Shown here piece after piece: positions 49,651-64,000 of a stretch of 64,000 nucleotides of DNA. Both the position numbers and the translations under genes were made by a program. The notes below the pieces were generated by a model. That model had not been told where the DNA came from. It made no database searches and worked only from the letters and a program-made list of their open reading frames with translations. Numbering within the stretch: the first letter of the stretch is position 1; every line of letters begins with the position of its first letter. The DNA is from the human T2T-CHM13v2.0 reference genome, Homo sapiens: NCBI RefSeq assembly GCF_009914755.1, contig NC_060932.1; one strand, written 5' to 3'.

Positions 49651-50439
49651 ATTTAATTCTTAATAATTGTTATGTCTGCATTACTGTGCTAATCTAAGAA
49701 ACAGGCCTGGTGCTTCTCACCTTAGAAGTTATTTTATTTTAATGCAACAACAAAAGAAAAATAAATAAATGTTTGTTATTTGGTAATTAACATATTAAAC
49801 AGATTATTTCCTAAATGAATAAAGACATACAAAAGCATTCATTGCTAATGGTAACAAGAAGCTTGCTTATCCATTTGGCTAATTAGAATATATACATCTC
49901 GTACATAAAAGCAACCACATAGAACCAAATTGAGTAAACAAAACTAGCAAACAGAAGTCATTGTGACCCATGAAAGGGGCTCAACTTTGCTTCAATTTCA
50001 GTTACAATTCTACAAAAAACTTCAATAAGCAAAATTTGTAGGTAATAGACGAATAACCAGGAAAAACATTACCCCACGCATCTAAAACAAACTGCCCCAA
50101 AATGCACCAACTGCATCCCATGATGCAGGAACTATCAAAAGATTTACAGTGGAGCAAAAGGCCCCGAGGTTAACTGTTGATCTGAATAAATCACAGGCGC
50201 TGGTTCATGCACAAATGTGCTGCTCTCCATGAGAGATCCAAGATGCACTACAGGAGAGACCATCTCTGCTTTCCAGATTTATAACATAAAGCTTTATTTG
50301 CATGTAAATGGAATCCTCCATTTGGGGAAATCAGTGTTTCATGCGCTGTGCTCTTTGATGACTAGTAAAATAAATTGTGCCTCACTCCACAGATCTTCAG
50401 ACATGGAAACTGAAACAGTCTCTAATTAAAAATTTGGTT

Positions 50440-50856
50440 TTATATATATGACCTATATATATATAGGAATATACATATATATGACCTATATATATATAGG
50501 AATATACATATATATGACCTATATATATAGGAATATACATATATATGACCTATATATATATAGGAATATACATATATATGACCTATCTATATATAGGAAT
50601 ATACATATATAGGAATATGTATATATGTATATATCCTATATATAGGAATATATGTGAATATATATACATATATAGGTGTGTATATATGTATAATTCCTAT
50701 ACATACGTGTATAAATTAATATATAGGTGTGTGTATAAATATATAGACAGGAATATGTATATAAAGTGTATATACACTTTATATACAATTATACATATAT
50801 ATACACACCTATATATGTATATACACTATATATATATAAAGTGTATACATATATAC
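50440..50856. repeat. TA-rich minisatellite (ATATATGACCTATATATATATAGGAATATAC, about 5 copies) decaying into (TA/CA)n
   Basis: Read directly. Confidence 0.9.
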
Positions 50857-51180
50857 TTTTTCTTTAGCCACAGAAAAGGTATTTTTCCTATGGCTAATAC
50901 TTTACCCATGCTTTTTCTATGGCTAAAGTTTTATCACTCCCCACAAATTCAACTGTAATTTAATTTAATATAAATTAAATGCCTTTTGTATTATTAGTTA
51001 ACAAAAGTACAGAATTCATGACCTTTCCTCAATTTTGCTACCTACTTTTATCTCCCTCACACTAGACTCTATATAATTGCTAAAGATATCTGAAGTGGGG
51101 GAAAAATACACCAGGGGATGCAAAAATCATTTTCTGGGATACAAGAAAGAAAATTAGAATTTTTACCCAAAATTACATCT

Positions 51181-51474
51181 TTTGTTTTCTTGAGATAAGG
51201 TCTTGCCCTGTTGCCCAGGCTGGAGTGCAGTGATCCAGTCACGGCTCACTGCAGCCTCAACCTTCAGAGCTCAAGTGATACTCCCACTACAGCCTCCCGA
51301 GTAGCTGGGACCCCAGGTGTGCACCACCCCACGCAGCTAATTTTAATTTTTTTTGTAGAGGTGGGGTCTTGCTATGTTGTCCAGACTAGTCTTGAATTCT
51401 GGTCCTCAAGCGATCCTCCTGCCTTAGTCTCTCAAAGTGCTGAGATTACAGGCATGAGCAGCTTTGTCTGGTCT
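51181..51474 (-). mobile_element. AluJ-like
   Basis: Diverged reverse Alu. Confidence 0.83.
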
Positions 51475-52496
51475 AAAATTCCATCTTTGTAAATGTCTGT
51501 GTTCATGTAGTAATTGTGTGGTCTATAACAGCTGCTGAGATGGTCAGTACCTGTAATGCGTGGCAGAGATCGAGGTTGCATGCTCAATAGTTATATTGAT
51601 TGGATGTCAGATCAAAAGGGTTTGAGGTCATTGCCCTTTGTTACATCAAAATGGTTTTGGAAACCAGTTACATACAGAATTAAGATTTACTAGTTTTGGG
51701 GAGCCTTATGCCTGTGGAATTTATCCTCCTAACACTTGTGACCTAGAGACTGTCATCGCTCTCAGCCCTGCGAGTCTTGTCTGGAGTGACACAGACGGGA
51801 GGAGGTGAGGCGAGATCTGGTCACTCTGCAGGGCGCACCTTTCAGTGCTGCCGTTGGCTCACAAGCCCGGCCCTGCCCGCACTGGCCATGCCTCGTCCAG
51901 AAGGGAGGATCCTCAAGACCTTGGACAGCAGCTCACAGGCAGCTCCTGGCCAACCTCAAGAGCACAGGGCAAGCACCCAGAACCACTGGCATGCACTGCC
52001 CAGGCCGCTCAGGATATGAGGGGCACCCAGGCTGGTGGCAAGACAAGAGGGGGTGGAGGTGTGGCCCACCCTGGGCCAGGACAGGGAAGGGTGGGTGCTG
52101 GGCAGAGACTTCCAGCTGCCTCGTGCCCACCTCACCAAGTGACACCCACTTCTTCGTTTGTCTCCGTCCTGTTTTGGGGGCTGTGCAGGCACCAGGGAGA
52201 CCTTGGTCTTGACCTGTAATGCTAGATCAAAGGCTCTCTTTACCTCAAAGCCACTCTGGCTCACTGCCTCCCTCACCCATGAGCACGCTGAGTTCTATTT
52301 GAAGCTCCCATATGCTTCTTATTTTAGTTTTTAATAAACTTAAAAAAGAAGCACTCTATAACTTCCCATTCACAAAAGTCTCCCAAAGCAAGTAACACAA
52401 TGACTACACTATCAGAATTTTTAATTAAACATGACTAGAAAGGACTGATGCATAACCTGGCCTATGATCACGATTTTAAAACACAAAAAATAACGT

Positions 52497-52782
52497 TCTC
52501 CCTCTGTCGATCTGTTGCCCAGGCTATAGTGCAGTGGAGCAATCTCGGCTCACTGAAACCTTCACCCACCAGGCTCCAGCGATCCTCCTACCTCATCCTC
52601 CCAAGCAGCTGGGACTACAGGCATGAGCCACCACACCCAGCTAAGTTTTGTATTGTGTTTTTGGTAGAGATGGGGTTTTGTCATGTTGCTCAGGCTGGTC
52701 TCAAACTCCTGAGCTCAAGGGATCCACTAGCCTTGGCCTCCCATAGTGTTGGGATTACAGGTGTGAGCCACTACACCTGGCC
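52497..52782 (-). mobile_element. AluJ-like
   Basis: Diverged reverse Alu. Confidence 0.83.
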
Positions 52783-52959
52783 TAAGTTCTTACTCTGTGC
52801 CAGTCTCTACTGCTGGGTCCAGACAGCTACACTTCTTTAACTTAAAAGGTTTCAGGATCATAAGAGAATGGACTTAGAAACATAGAAATAGCAGAACACG
52901 CCAGGGAAGTAGGTTTTGTTTTATTTTGTTTTGCTTGTTTGATTTTAGTTTCTTATATA

Positions 52960-53256
52960 CTTTTTTTTTTTTTTTTTTGAGAGAGAGTTTCACTCTTGTT
53001 GCCCAAGCTGGAGTGTAATGGCACAATCTCAGCTTCCACAACCTCTGCCTCCCGGGTTCAAGCGATTCTCCTGCCTCAGCCTCCCAAGTAGCTGGGATTA
53101 CAGGTGTGCACCACCAAGCCCAGCTAATTTTTTGTATTTTTAGTAGAAAGGGGGTTTCTCCATGTTAGCCATGGTCTCGAACTCCTGACCTCAGGTGATC
53201 CACCCACGTCAGCCTCCCAAATTGCTGGGATTACAGGTGTGAGCCACGCGCCCAGT
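52960..53256 (-). mobile_element. AluSp/Sq-like
   Basis: GAGTTTCACTCTTGTTGCCCA reverse Alu; TCTTATA flanks. Confidence 0.87.
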
Positions 53257-53769
53257 CTCTTATACAGTAATATTTAAAATGTTTATTTGGCCTGAAGCTG
53301 CCAGTAGCATTGTTAGGCTGTCTTAAGAAAAACACATTTGTTTCATAATTTATCAAACGAAACTGGTCTTTGAGCTCATCTTAAAATAACCCTAGAAATG
53401 AATGTCTCTGCAACAAGCCATGAAGTTCTACCTCATTCTTCTTCTTTTTTAAATATATACCATGAAAATGTAAAAGGTACAAGTCAAGGGTCCACAGCCT
53501 GAGGAGTGTTTGCCTATGGAGACCCCCATGAAACCACCACCTAGGTGAAGACATGCACCCTGGCCAGCAGCCAGGAAGTCTACCCTCCCACTCTTCCCAG
53601 TTCACACCCACAGGGCAGCTGCTGTCTGACTTCATCACTGTAGGTTAGTTTTGTCTGTCCTTGAAAGCTGATTCAACGATTTTACTAATTTCATTCCTAA
53701 GGAATTACAAACTATTGCTGTTTTGGGGGGAAACGACATATCCATTTAAATATATACATATTAGTTTTT

Positions 53770-54274
<505 letters not shown>

Positions 54275-54628
54275 TAGAAGTAAGTATTTTATATATGGAG
54301 AGAGAGAGAGAGAGAAGTAACTAGAGAAGGCTAATTAGCACCTCTTATAAAGAACAGATCTAGAACACACAAAAACAGAAGTGAAAAATGTAAAACTGTA
54401 CGAGCGAAGGAAAAATATTGCTCCTCCCAGAAACCTATGAGAATGGCTAACACACTAGCTGCATTAAATGATCAATGAATGACTGATATTCGTTCCACAC
54501 TAGCTCTCTAAGCAATCCTCACCACCGATGAGAGGAATACGTGTTGAAATGTGAAACCATTTCTTCAATGAGATGCTGCATTTTAAAGGAAAGTTGTATT
54601 TCTAGAAAATACCCAAGCGTGCACTCAC

Positions 54629-54823
54629 CATTGCAGGAGGGCAGCACTTGGTCCCAGGAGGGTTTCCCATCAGCCCCAATCACACAGGTGATGGATGAGG
54701 GGTCAAGAATCTTATAGCCAGAGTCACACTGGTAGGTGATGGTGGAGCCAAGCTTGAAGTCTGTTCCAACTCTTGTCCCATTCATTATATTTCCTGGGTC
54801 AAAACAAGCTTCCCGTGGTTTCT
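54629..54823 (-). CDS. CSMD1: CSMD1 exon, 195 nt; Sushi/CCP domain (EKPREACFDPGNIMNGTRVGTDFKLGSTITYQCDSGYKILDPSSITCVIGADGKPSWDQVLPSCN)
   Basis: Acceptor TCCACAG|, donor ATG|GTGAGT; 4 Cys plus Trp Sushi pattern; phase 1 to 1. Confidence 0.96.
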
Positions 54824-57030
54824 CTGTGGAAGAAATGAATGTAAACTGCATGAGAGCAGGGATCTTATTCTTGTTTGTGTTTTTGTTTGTTGGGTTGGTT
54901 CTTTAATTGTGTTATTTAGGGCCTAGAACAATGTCCTAAATAAGTAAGAAATGCTCAAAGAATATTTATTGATTGGCTATTGACCAAGTGAAACTATTAA
55001 TTAAAATAAGAAAATTCCTTTTTAATAAAATTATATTTCCATTTTAAAAACCACATTTTGCTACAGAATTGATATAAAATTACCTTCATCTACATAAAAA
55101 ATACAGTACTACGTTTTTATATATTTATCCATTTTTGGCTACAGATTTTAGGACTGAATCAAAGAAAAATTGACTCTGGAAAAATTGAGGTTCATTTTCT
55201 AACTTTTGTACATCAAACATATTAACATAAAATCATTCCACACCTTTCAGAAAAGACTGGAGAATTTGGCTTCTCAAAATGAAACAGTTTAATTCCTGAA
55301 AGTTAAGAGCACTTTCTTATACGAATAACAACAGACAGACTTAGAAGATGAAGATGGATGCTTGTTCTCATTCTTTTACTACCGTATTTCTGTTGTTAGT
55401 CTTAATAGAGTAAACGTCAAACTTAGAAGAAAAAAATACATTGACTGATAGATGATGGTCAAACATTGTGCACTGGATGTACTAACAGCCAATAGTTCTA
55501 CCTTAGTTAAAATAATTGCTGAAATTTATTGAGGGCTCATTATGTACCAGACACGGAACTAGGTGCATTTCTTGTTTAATTCTAATCTCCAGGACACCTC
55601 TGCCAGGAAAGGATCATAAGAATGTAAAACTCAAGGAAAGTTAAGTCACTTCCACAAAGACCCCCTGCAGAGACCTGCCCACTTCTGGGGCCCCTCAATT
55701 AGGCATTCACTTTTGGCTGCATTAAGTATTTCTTCTTCCCAAGTAAAAATACAAAACCTTTTTTCTTCAGTCATGTTGTTCTGCAGTCAATTTCAGTTAT
55801 CTTCTGGTAGCCTTAATATTTTTAATTTTCTGTTTCAATAGACCATCTAAAATATCTCTAAATGAAAAAGTGTATAACCCTGCAGTCTACCACCCTGCTA
55901 GAAATAGATAAATATAATGGGAGAGGAAAAAGCAAAAACAAAAATGCTAAACTTTGGGAAGCTCTGGAGGAAGAAAAAGAGACCTGATTAACTGTATTTA
56001 TTCAATATTTTCAATTATATTTTTAATAATCCATGTGTAATCATCAACCAAACAGAGATGTCTTTGGTGATCATTGACTTAATCATCGTATACATTATAT
56101 AAAGAATCTATTATAATAATGTATTATATTTAATAAACTATATTTCCTATATAATTTACATACTTTGATTAAATCTATATTAATATATATTATATATATA
56201 AGTTTTCTCATTTAAGAATTTGAGATTAAATGATACATATATATTTTATATACATTTCTTGTTTTGTGCCTTCAAACCAGTGCTCTCTAATTGCTTTGTT
56301 GAAAAGCTGTTTGGATGTTTAAAATGGTAGCTGACATGTTGATAATTCTTTGTAACTGCATTAAATCCCATATAGAATATAGAACATTATTTTAAGCAAA
56401 TACAGATCAAATAAGTAAACCTGTAAGTACTATGAAAGTTGCTCAGTTTTTCTGATATTTTATTTAATCATTCAACACAATGTACTGAGGATCTAGTGAA
56501 TAGAAGCATGGACTTGTTCACAATATTTTCCCCTATTGAAAATAAAAAATTTCCCAGTACACATCTATTAATGTATGTCTGTTGCTCTTGTGTCCTTTTT
56601 GATCATTTTTTTGTTATAAATCTCTTTTAGTCTAGTTTCCTGTTTGATTAAATATCACCTACACAACTTTCTTCTTTATGCCACTAATTTTGATTTCTGA
56701 TGGCAGGATTTTTTCCCAATGGACTGCATCTAATCTTTTAGTTCCATTACTGACTTGTCACTTCAGGATGTTCCGTGATAAATCACTGGCACATTTTTTG
56801 CTTACAATTTGCCAGGCTTCTAACTAGATGACTTCATAACAGGGTGTATTTTGTGTTGTCCGTGTCCGTTCCACTTATGCATACCTTTGAGCTTTCCTGC
56901 ATCAGAGGCCAGGTGGATTGCCTCAGCCAGGATTTGTGAATTGTTGCACAGCACGACTGCCTGGTGTTCCTTCTATTTCCCATCATGCCTAAGAACTGGA
57001 TCTGTCACCTGCTTTGCTATCCACACCAGC

Positions 57031-57371
57031 ACTTGCTCTGGGCTGCATGCAATGCAATGACATCACTGCACCAGGCTTAGATGCAATCACTGCCCTAGGC
57101 TGGATGCAATGGCATCACTGCTTGAGGCTGGATGCAATGGCATCATTTCTCCAGGCTAGATGCAATGACATCACTGCCCTAGGCTGCATGCAATGACATC
57201 ACTGCTCCAGGCTGGATACAATAGCATCACTGCCCTAGGCTGGATGCAATGGCATCACTGCTCCAGGCTGGAAGAAATGGCATCATTTTTCCAGGCTACA
57301 TGCAATGACATCACTGTCGTGGGCTGCATGCAATGGCATCACTGCTCCAGGCTGCATGCAATGGCATCATT
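57031..57371. repeat. 28-bp minisatellite (AGGCTGGATGCAATGGCATCACTGCTCC), about 12 copies
   Basis: Read directly. Confidence 0.93.
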
Positions 57372-58411
57372 CCTATTCTCTTTCCTGTGATTTTTATTTT
57401 TCACAGACTCCACTGGAGAGCTTTTAAAACCTCAGGAACTACAGCCTCCAGTTAGATGGCCATACCGGTTACCCAAACAAAAATTAAGGAAGTTCTTTCT
57501 TCATGCAACCTGTAAGGCCCTTCATACTTCATTCATTCGTTGGCCCATTTATTCATGTGCCTTAGGATGCCGGGGAGAACAGGAGTTGTCAGAGTGGGCA
57601 ATGATCAGTGTACATTCTCACAATTATATGAGGAATTGTTTTGTTTACTTGCCTGCATGATTTTGTTGGGGGCGTGGGGGGCTATCATAGAATAAGTACT
57701 GTCATGGTAAAATGCATTTTAGTGAATTCTTGTTAAGAAACTAAATTATGATGTGGCAAAGGCTCAAAAGTACTGTTTTCAACTATTCCTAAACGTGACG
57801 GATCCCATCTCAAAGGCATAGGATACTCTGATTGCTAAATTGTATAATTTTTAAAATTGTACATTTTAGTAAATACCCCTAAGTGTGCAGATTCTGATGT
57901 TTGGGAGCAAAGAAACCAATTTTCTACTTAAAACTATATAAACAGTTCTGGTAATGAGGTAAGAGACATAAAATATGTTCTTTTTAAAAAGATTTTTCAC
58001 ACAAATTGAACTCAAAAGTGTAAATAAATATAAATATTTTCATTTTTTAAAGAAAACCCTCCTAACTGTGAATTGATATTTTGTTAAGTCCTCTTCCCTA
58101 ATTCTTTGTAATACACCTTGTATTTTATTTTGTTCACATGAGAAATAAATTTGAAAAAACATATATTTATTCTGATGGACCCAATAGCAAAATGTTGAGT
58201 TGAAGGTGGTTTTTCAGGTCAGTCTGTTTTCCTTGGATGTTAGTGGCAGGGAATGGTTTATAGCAAATCAAGGGTAAATCACTGATCTGATGATAAAAGA
58301 AAAGAGCTCTGAGCAGCGTCAGAAACCTTGCTAAACCAGCCATAGCTGACTGAGGCAGGGAAGGGTACAGATATGTTGACATGGAAAATGTTGAGATAAA
58401 ATGAAGTTATT

Positions 58412-59045
<634 letters not shown>

Positions 59046-59378
59046 TTACATTTAATCATCTTGAAGAAACAAATTATAAGGTGTTAAAACCCGTCTTAAA
59101 ATAATTATTAAATGTCATCAAATTCTTTATTTTACAAACAACAATTTATTTTTATATGGCCATGAACTGGGACAGTTTTTTTCCCCTCTCTTTCTTCCTC
59201 CAGTTAAAGTAGAAATGCACCTCAGGAATATCTTCACTGGAGAGGGAGGAGACATGTATCTTCCCAGACAGAGGAGACACATGTCAGCATTTATGTATTA
59301 AACAGACAAGCAAGATGTTACAAAGCAATGCCTACAATAAAAACAGTCCTGATACAAATTAATTCCCACTCAAATTCA

Positions 59379-59612
<234 letters not shown>

Positions 59613-60084
59613 CTAACAGACATTTTATCTCCCAGAGTGGTAAGCCTTTGAGCTCAGAAAGTGATTTTATTTGCTTTTGTATAATGATTTTTCAGTTAGG
59701 GCAATCAAAAAGTTAAATGTAGTATGTATCAAAATATTAATAAAATAGCAATAGTATAAAATACATCAATTGTGACAAATAGTATTTGCCTAATTACCAT
59801 CATGTTCAATACAATATTATTCTGACCACAGCCAAAAGGAAATAAGTCATAATAGCAGAGGTATGCTATCCTTTCCGTGTACTCATTAATTTGCTAAATG
59901 AGATGTAATTTAAAAGAACCAAGCTCAAAAGAGACACATTTCCACTGACCTTTTATCTTTATCTGAATATTTTTAGTTTTGAAAATATTGGAATTTTGAA
60001 AATATTGCAATTTCAAAATATTGGAATAGTCAGTAGAATTACTGACTATTCTTACTTTTATTTTTACTTAAAAAATGCAGTTCT

Positions 60085-60310
60085 CCCAGCCTAGGTAACA
60101 TAATGAGATCCTGTCTGTACAAAAATACAAAAGTTAGTAGAGTGTGGTGGTGCACACTTGTAGTCCTAGCTACTCAGGAAGCTAAGGCTGGAGGATCACT
60201 TGAGGCCAGGAGTTTGAGGCTGCAATGAGCTATGACCACACCACTGCACCCATGCACTCCACCCTGAGAGACAGAACAAGACCCTGTCAAAAAAAAAAAA
60301 AAAAAAAAAA
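60085..60310 (+). mobile_element. 5'-truncated AluJ
   Basis: CCAGCCTAGGTAACATA… through poly-A. Confidence 0.83.
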
Positions 60311-60681
60311 GACTCCACTTGCGTGGATAAATCAGCGAATATTAATAGCCCCTACAATGCCCAGAGTGTAACCTTTCTCACATCATGTTTCACCATCACT
60401 GAATATCCCAGTTTTTTCTCTCTCCCTCTCTTTCTTTCTCTCACTTTCTCCATTTTTCTGTTTCTCTCTGCTCTAATATTAACATACAGTCAGTCCCCAA
60501 AGAGTGTAACAATTTAAATTCAAAGGTGTCAAGGGCTGGGCTGTGTTTGCCATTGGTGATGTGTAGGCTGATAGAGTCTCTGAGCTTTAAAACTACGCAC
60601 ACTCTAAGAGAAAGGCTGAGCTTGGTTAAGATGTCTAAGATCTTGATATGACCAGAATAAACTGATAAAGTAGAAGTATTA

Positions 60682-61064
<383 letters not shown>

Positions 61065-62467
61065 TCATATGTGTCTTTGAAAAGCACTCAATTTACAAAG
61101 CTCCTACTCCCTTTCCTTTCCATCTGCAGAAATTTGGGACAACTGAGACAGAGAAGGTCAGGGTTTTTGCTTGTTGGTTTGTTTGTTTGTTTGTTTTGTA
61201 ATCACTAAAATGTTCTAGGTGGCTCCACTTGATCTGGAGATTCGGATGATAAAATAGCAACAGAAGTTCCCTCCTGGAAAGGTCCACTGCACCATGAAGG
61301 GGAACAGAGAACGTGGGACCGCCAGCATCGGTGCAACGCCCAGCCTGCATTACGCCATCCTGTTTTGGGTCAAGGATACCCTCACTCCACATCCTGAATA
61401 TACTTATTAAAGGAAATTTAGGAAGGTGTCTTAGTCTGTTTATTTGACAAGTTCACTGACGTCAGGAATGAAGAAGGAATAAAAGGTTGGAGTTACTAGG
61501 TATAGGGGCTAGCAGGAATGGTGTGGGTTACGTAGAATTTTATTGGAATAATAATTGTATTTAGAGTGTTTGCAAGGATGTTATTAAAATCTGGTCATGT
61601 CATATCCCCAATATTTGGCTTAGTTAATTATCATTATTGGTAATTTATGCAATACTGCAAATACTGCCAGACACAGGAAAACAAACAAACAAACAAACAA
61701 ACAAACACTATATATCCCATCTGCTCTCTTTTTTTTTTGCCTGTACCAAAATTCATGCGTAGAAGTCTGGAGTGAAATTTATAACTAATTTTGGCTCCTT
61801 TGGAGAACTCCTTATTTCTACCTCTGCCAGCTGCACGTATCTCTAAGCTCTTACAGCATGCCAAAGCCTGACTCAAATTGAACCAAATTCAATTTGAGCC
61901 CCAATGTGTGAGCCCCACAATCCACAGGGACGTGTAATGGAACATCCTCTCTCATCCACAGCCCTGAACGAGCCTGGGAGCCCATATGTCCTTCAGGTCA
62001 TATGATTCTTTGCCTTTACCATTAGTAATGCCAGACTCCCACCCTCCCATAAAAAAAACACACCTGAATTTGCCATCATCCTGACACTGCATCTTGGCCA
62101 GCCCTCATCAGCGGCAGCCTCCTGCTTGGGAAGCTGGACATCCTCATCCCCTAACAGGATTCTGGTCTCTCCCTCCTCACTACTTCCCAGGTAGATGTCT
62201 GCTTGAGCACATGCAAACTCCAGATCAGAGAAGTCACTGGTTTTCACTGATTTCTGAAGTTTCTGAGACATTGGGTCGGCTAATAAGTCATAATCTATGG
62301 GTTGGGAGAGGCTTAGAGATTATCTGTTTCAAACTTCCAGAGGGGTGTATAAAACGCAGTGAAAAAATCCTTGCACAAAACTGCCTTAAATATGCATATC
62401 ATCAAATGAGTTGCACTTTATGGGAGGGAGGAAACTCCTACTAACAAGGTTTTGTGTTCAATTTCAT

Positions 62468-62754
62468 TTTTTTTTTTTAAAGCCAAGGTCTTGCTCTGTT
62501 GCTCAGCTCAGACTAGACACTCATAGCTCATTGCAGCCTCCACCTCCTGGGCTCCAACAGTCCTCCTGCCTCAGCCTCTCGAGTAGCTAGAACCAGAGGA
62601 ATACACAAGCACACCAAGCCAATTTTTAAAATTTTTTGTAGTGATGGAGTCTTGCTGTGTTGCCCAGGCTGGTTTCAAACTTCTGAACTCAAGTGCTCCC
62701 CATCTTGGCCTCCTGAAATGCTGGGATTACAGTCATGAACCACCATGCCTGGCT
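62468..62754 (-). mobile_element. AluJ-like
   Basis: Diverged reverse Alu. Confidence 0.8.
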
Positions 62755-63846
62755 TCAACTGTTAACCCATTTATAATATCTTGAAACCAGAGGTGCCTCC
62801 TAATTTTAAGGAAGACGCTACTAGAATTTAACATTAACAAAACCCACATAGATATCTAAAAAATATAGCCAGTGAGTGTTCACTGGTTTTCTGTAATAGC
62901 TGAGTAACATTTGGTAAATTTGTGGCAGTTTAGTAAATTCAGGAAAAGATGACTATCAACCAACTTAAGATTCAGAATCATAGAAACGTAAAATTCTACT
63001 GACTCAGATCTCATCAGGAGGAGAAAGTGAGGGTATGTAAACACATTCAGGCCTTGAATACTGACATAAAGATCTGCAGAAAAGGAAAGTCGTTCCATTG
63101 ACAGATTAAAAAATGTAATCCCAGATACTTGTCCTTGGATAGCTGAAAGGTCAATAGGAAAGTCTACAGAATGACTCACCTTCATAAACAACACATTCAT
63201 TTAGTTCAAAAGTCAAAGTCTAAAGTTAGAAAACATCTTTGGATTCAATAAATTGTAATTATCATATACCATATACTAATAATATAATTATTTAAAGAGT
63301 TTATTTTCATAAAATGACTACAGTATTAGACCTTCCATCGTCTAGTTTAGCAAGTACAAGTTAGCATATTTTTAGGACTGATATGTAGTAACTCAGACTT
63401 TACAGCAACCACATTTGGGGAAACTTTCATTTTCCAGGCTCTATTAAGTCTTAATTTTATAATGATATTAGCAGTGCTACCCTCAGGAACGTCAGGATGT
63501 GCTGTGGAAAGGAATTCACTATCAGGCATTTAGAGTGATAGGAGACATTGATGAGAAATTACACCAAATGTCTCCATACCATATTTTTATTATTTTTAAC
63601 GAACATTCTGTTTAAGCCTTCTCATATGGGACACATTGTGTGCAAGACAAACAGTATTTAAAAATAATTCAAGTGCATCTTAAGTAGAATGCCCCAAAGC
63701 AAAATACTGTATTTCCATTTATGTCATTTTGCAGCCTGGTGTAGTCTCCATTAGACACAAAATCTAGCACTTACCTAGATATAACATTAGAGACTATGAG
63801 GTCATAAAAGAAGTAATTTTTAGGTATGGAATTAAAAATCCTACTA

Positions 63847-64000
<154 letters not shown>

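Noticed and set aside
51777-52276. Five overlapping ORFs in the GC-rich island
   Set aside because: Expected from low stop-codon frequency at high GC; no homology recognised and no convincing splice context.

Overview
AT-rich primate (human or great-ape) genomic DNA lying entirely inside the CSMD1 gene (CUB and Sushi multiple domains 1), which is transcribed on the minus strand. Eleven coding exons (the first cut by the window edge) splice in frame through GT-AG junctions. Together they give about 1,486 nt (~495 aa) of alternating CUB-Sushi-CUB-Sushi-CUB-Sushi modules; from recall these are roughly exons 28-38, which I have not verified. The introns hold about 32 Alu elements (one very young AluYa-type), three solo LTRs with intact target-site duplications (MER41B, MLT2A and one unassigned), Tigger4/MADE1 DNA-transposon relics, L1/L2 fragments and several mini/microsatellites. 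Nearly all other ORFs in the supplied track are Alu or simple-repeat artefacts. I see no new protein-coding system. The most interesting structures are: (i) a CpG-rich higher-order AAB minisatellite; (ii) a ~195-bp templated copy of exon-adjacent intron captured inside a Tigger4b element; (iii) a young Alu forming an inverted pair across a frame-shifting exon; (iv) several perfect hairpins; (v) LTRs retaining STAT1- or DUX4-type motifs.
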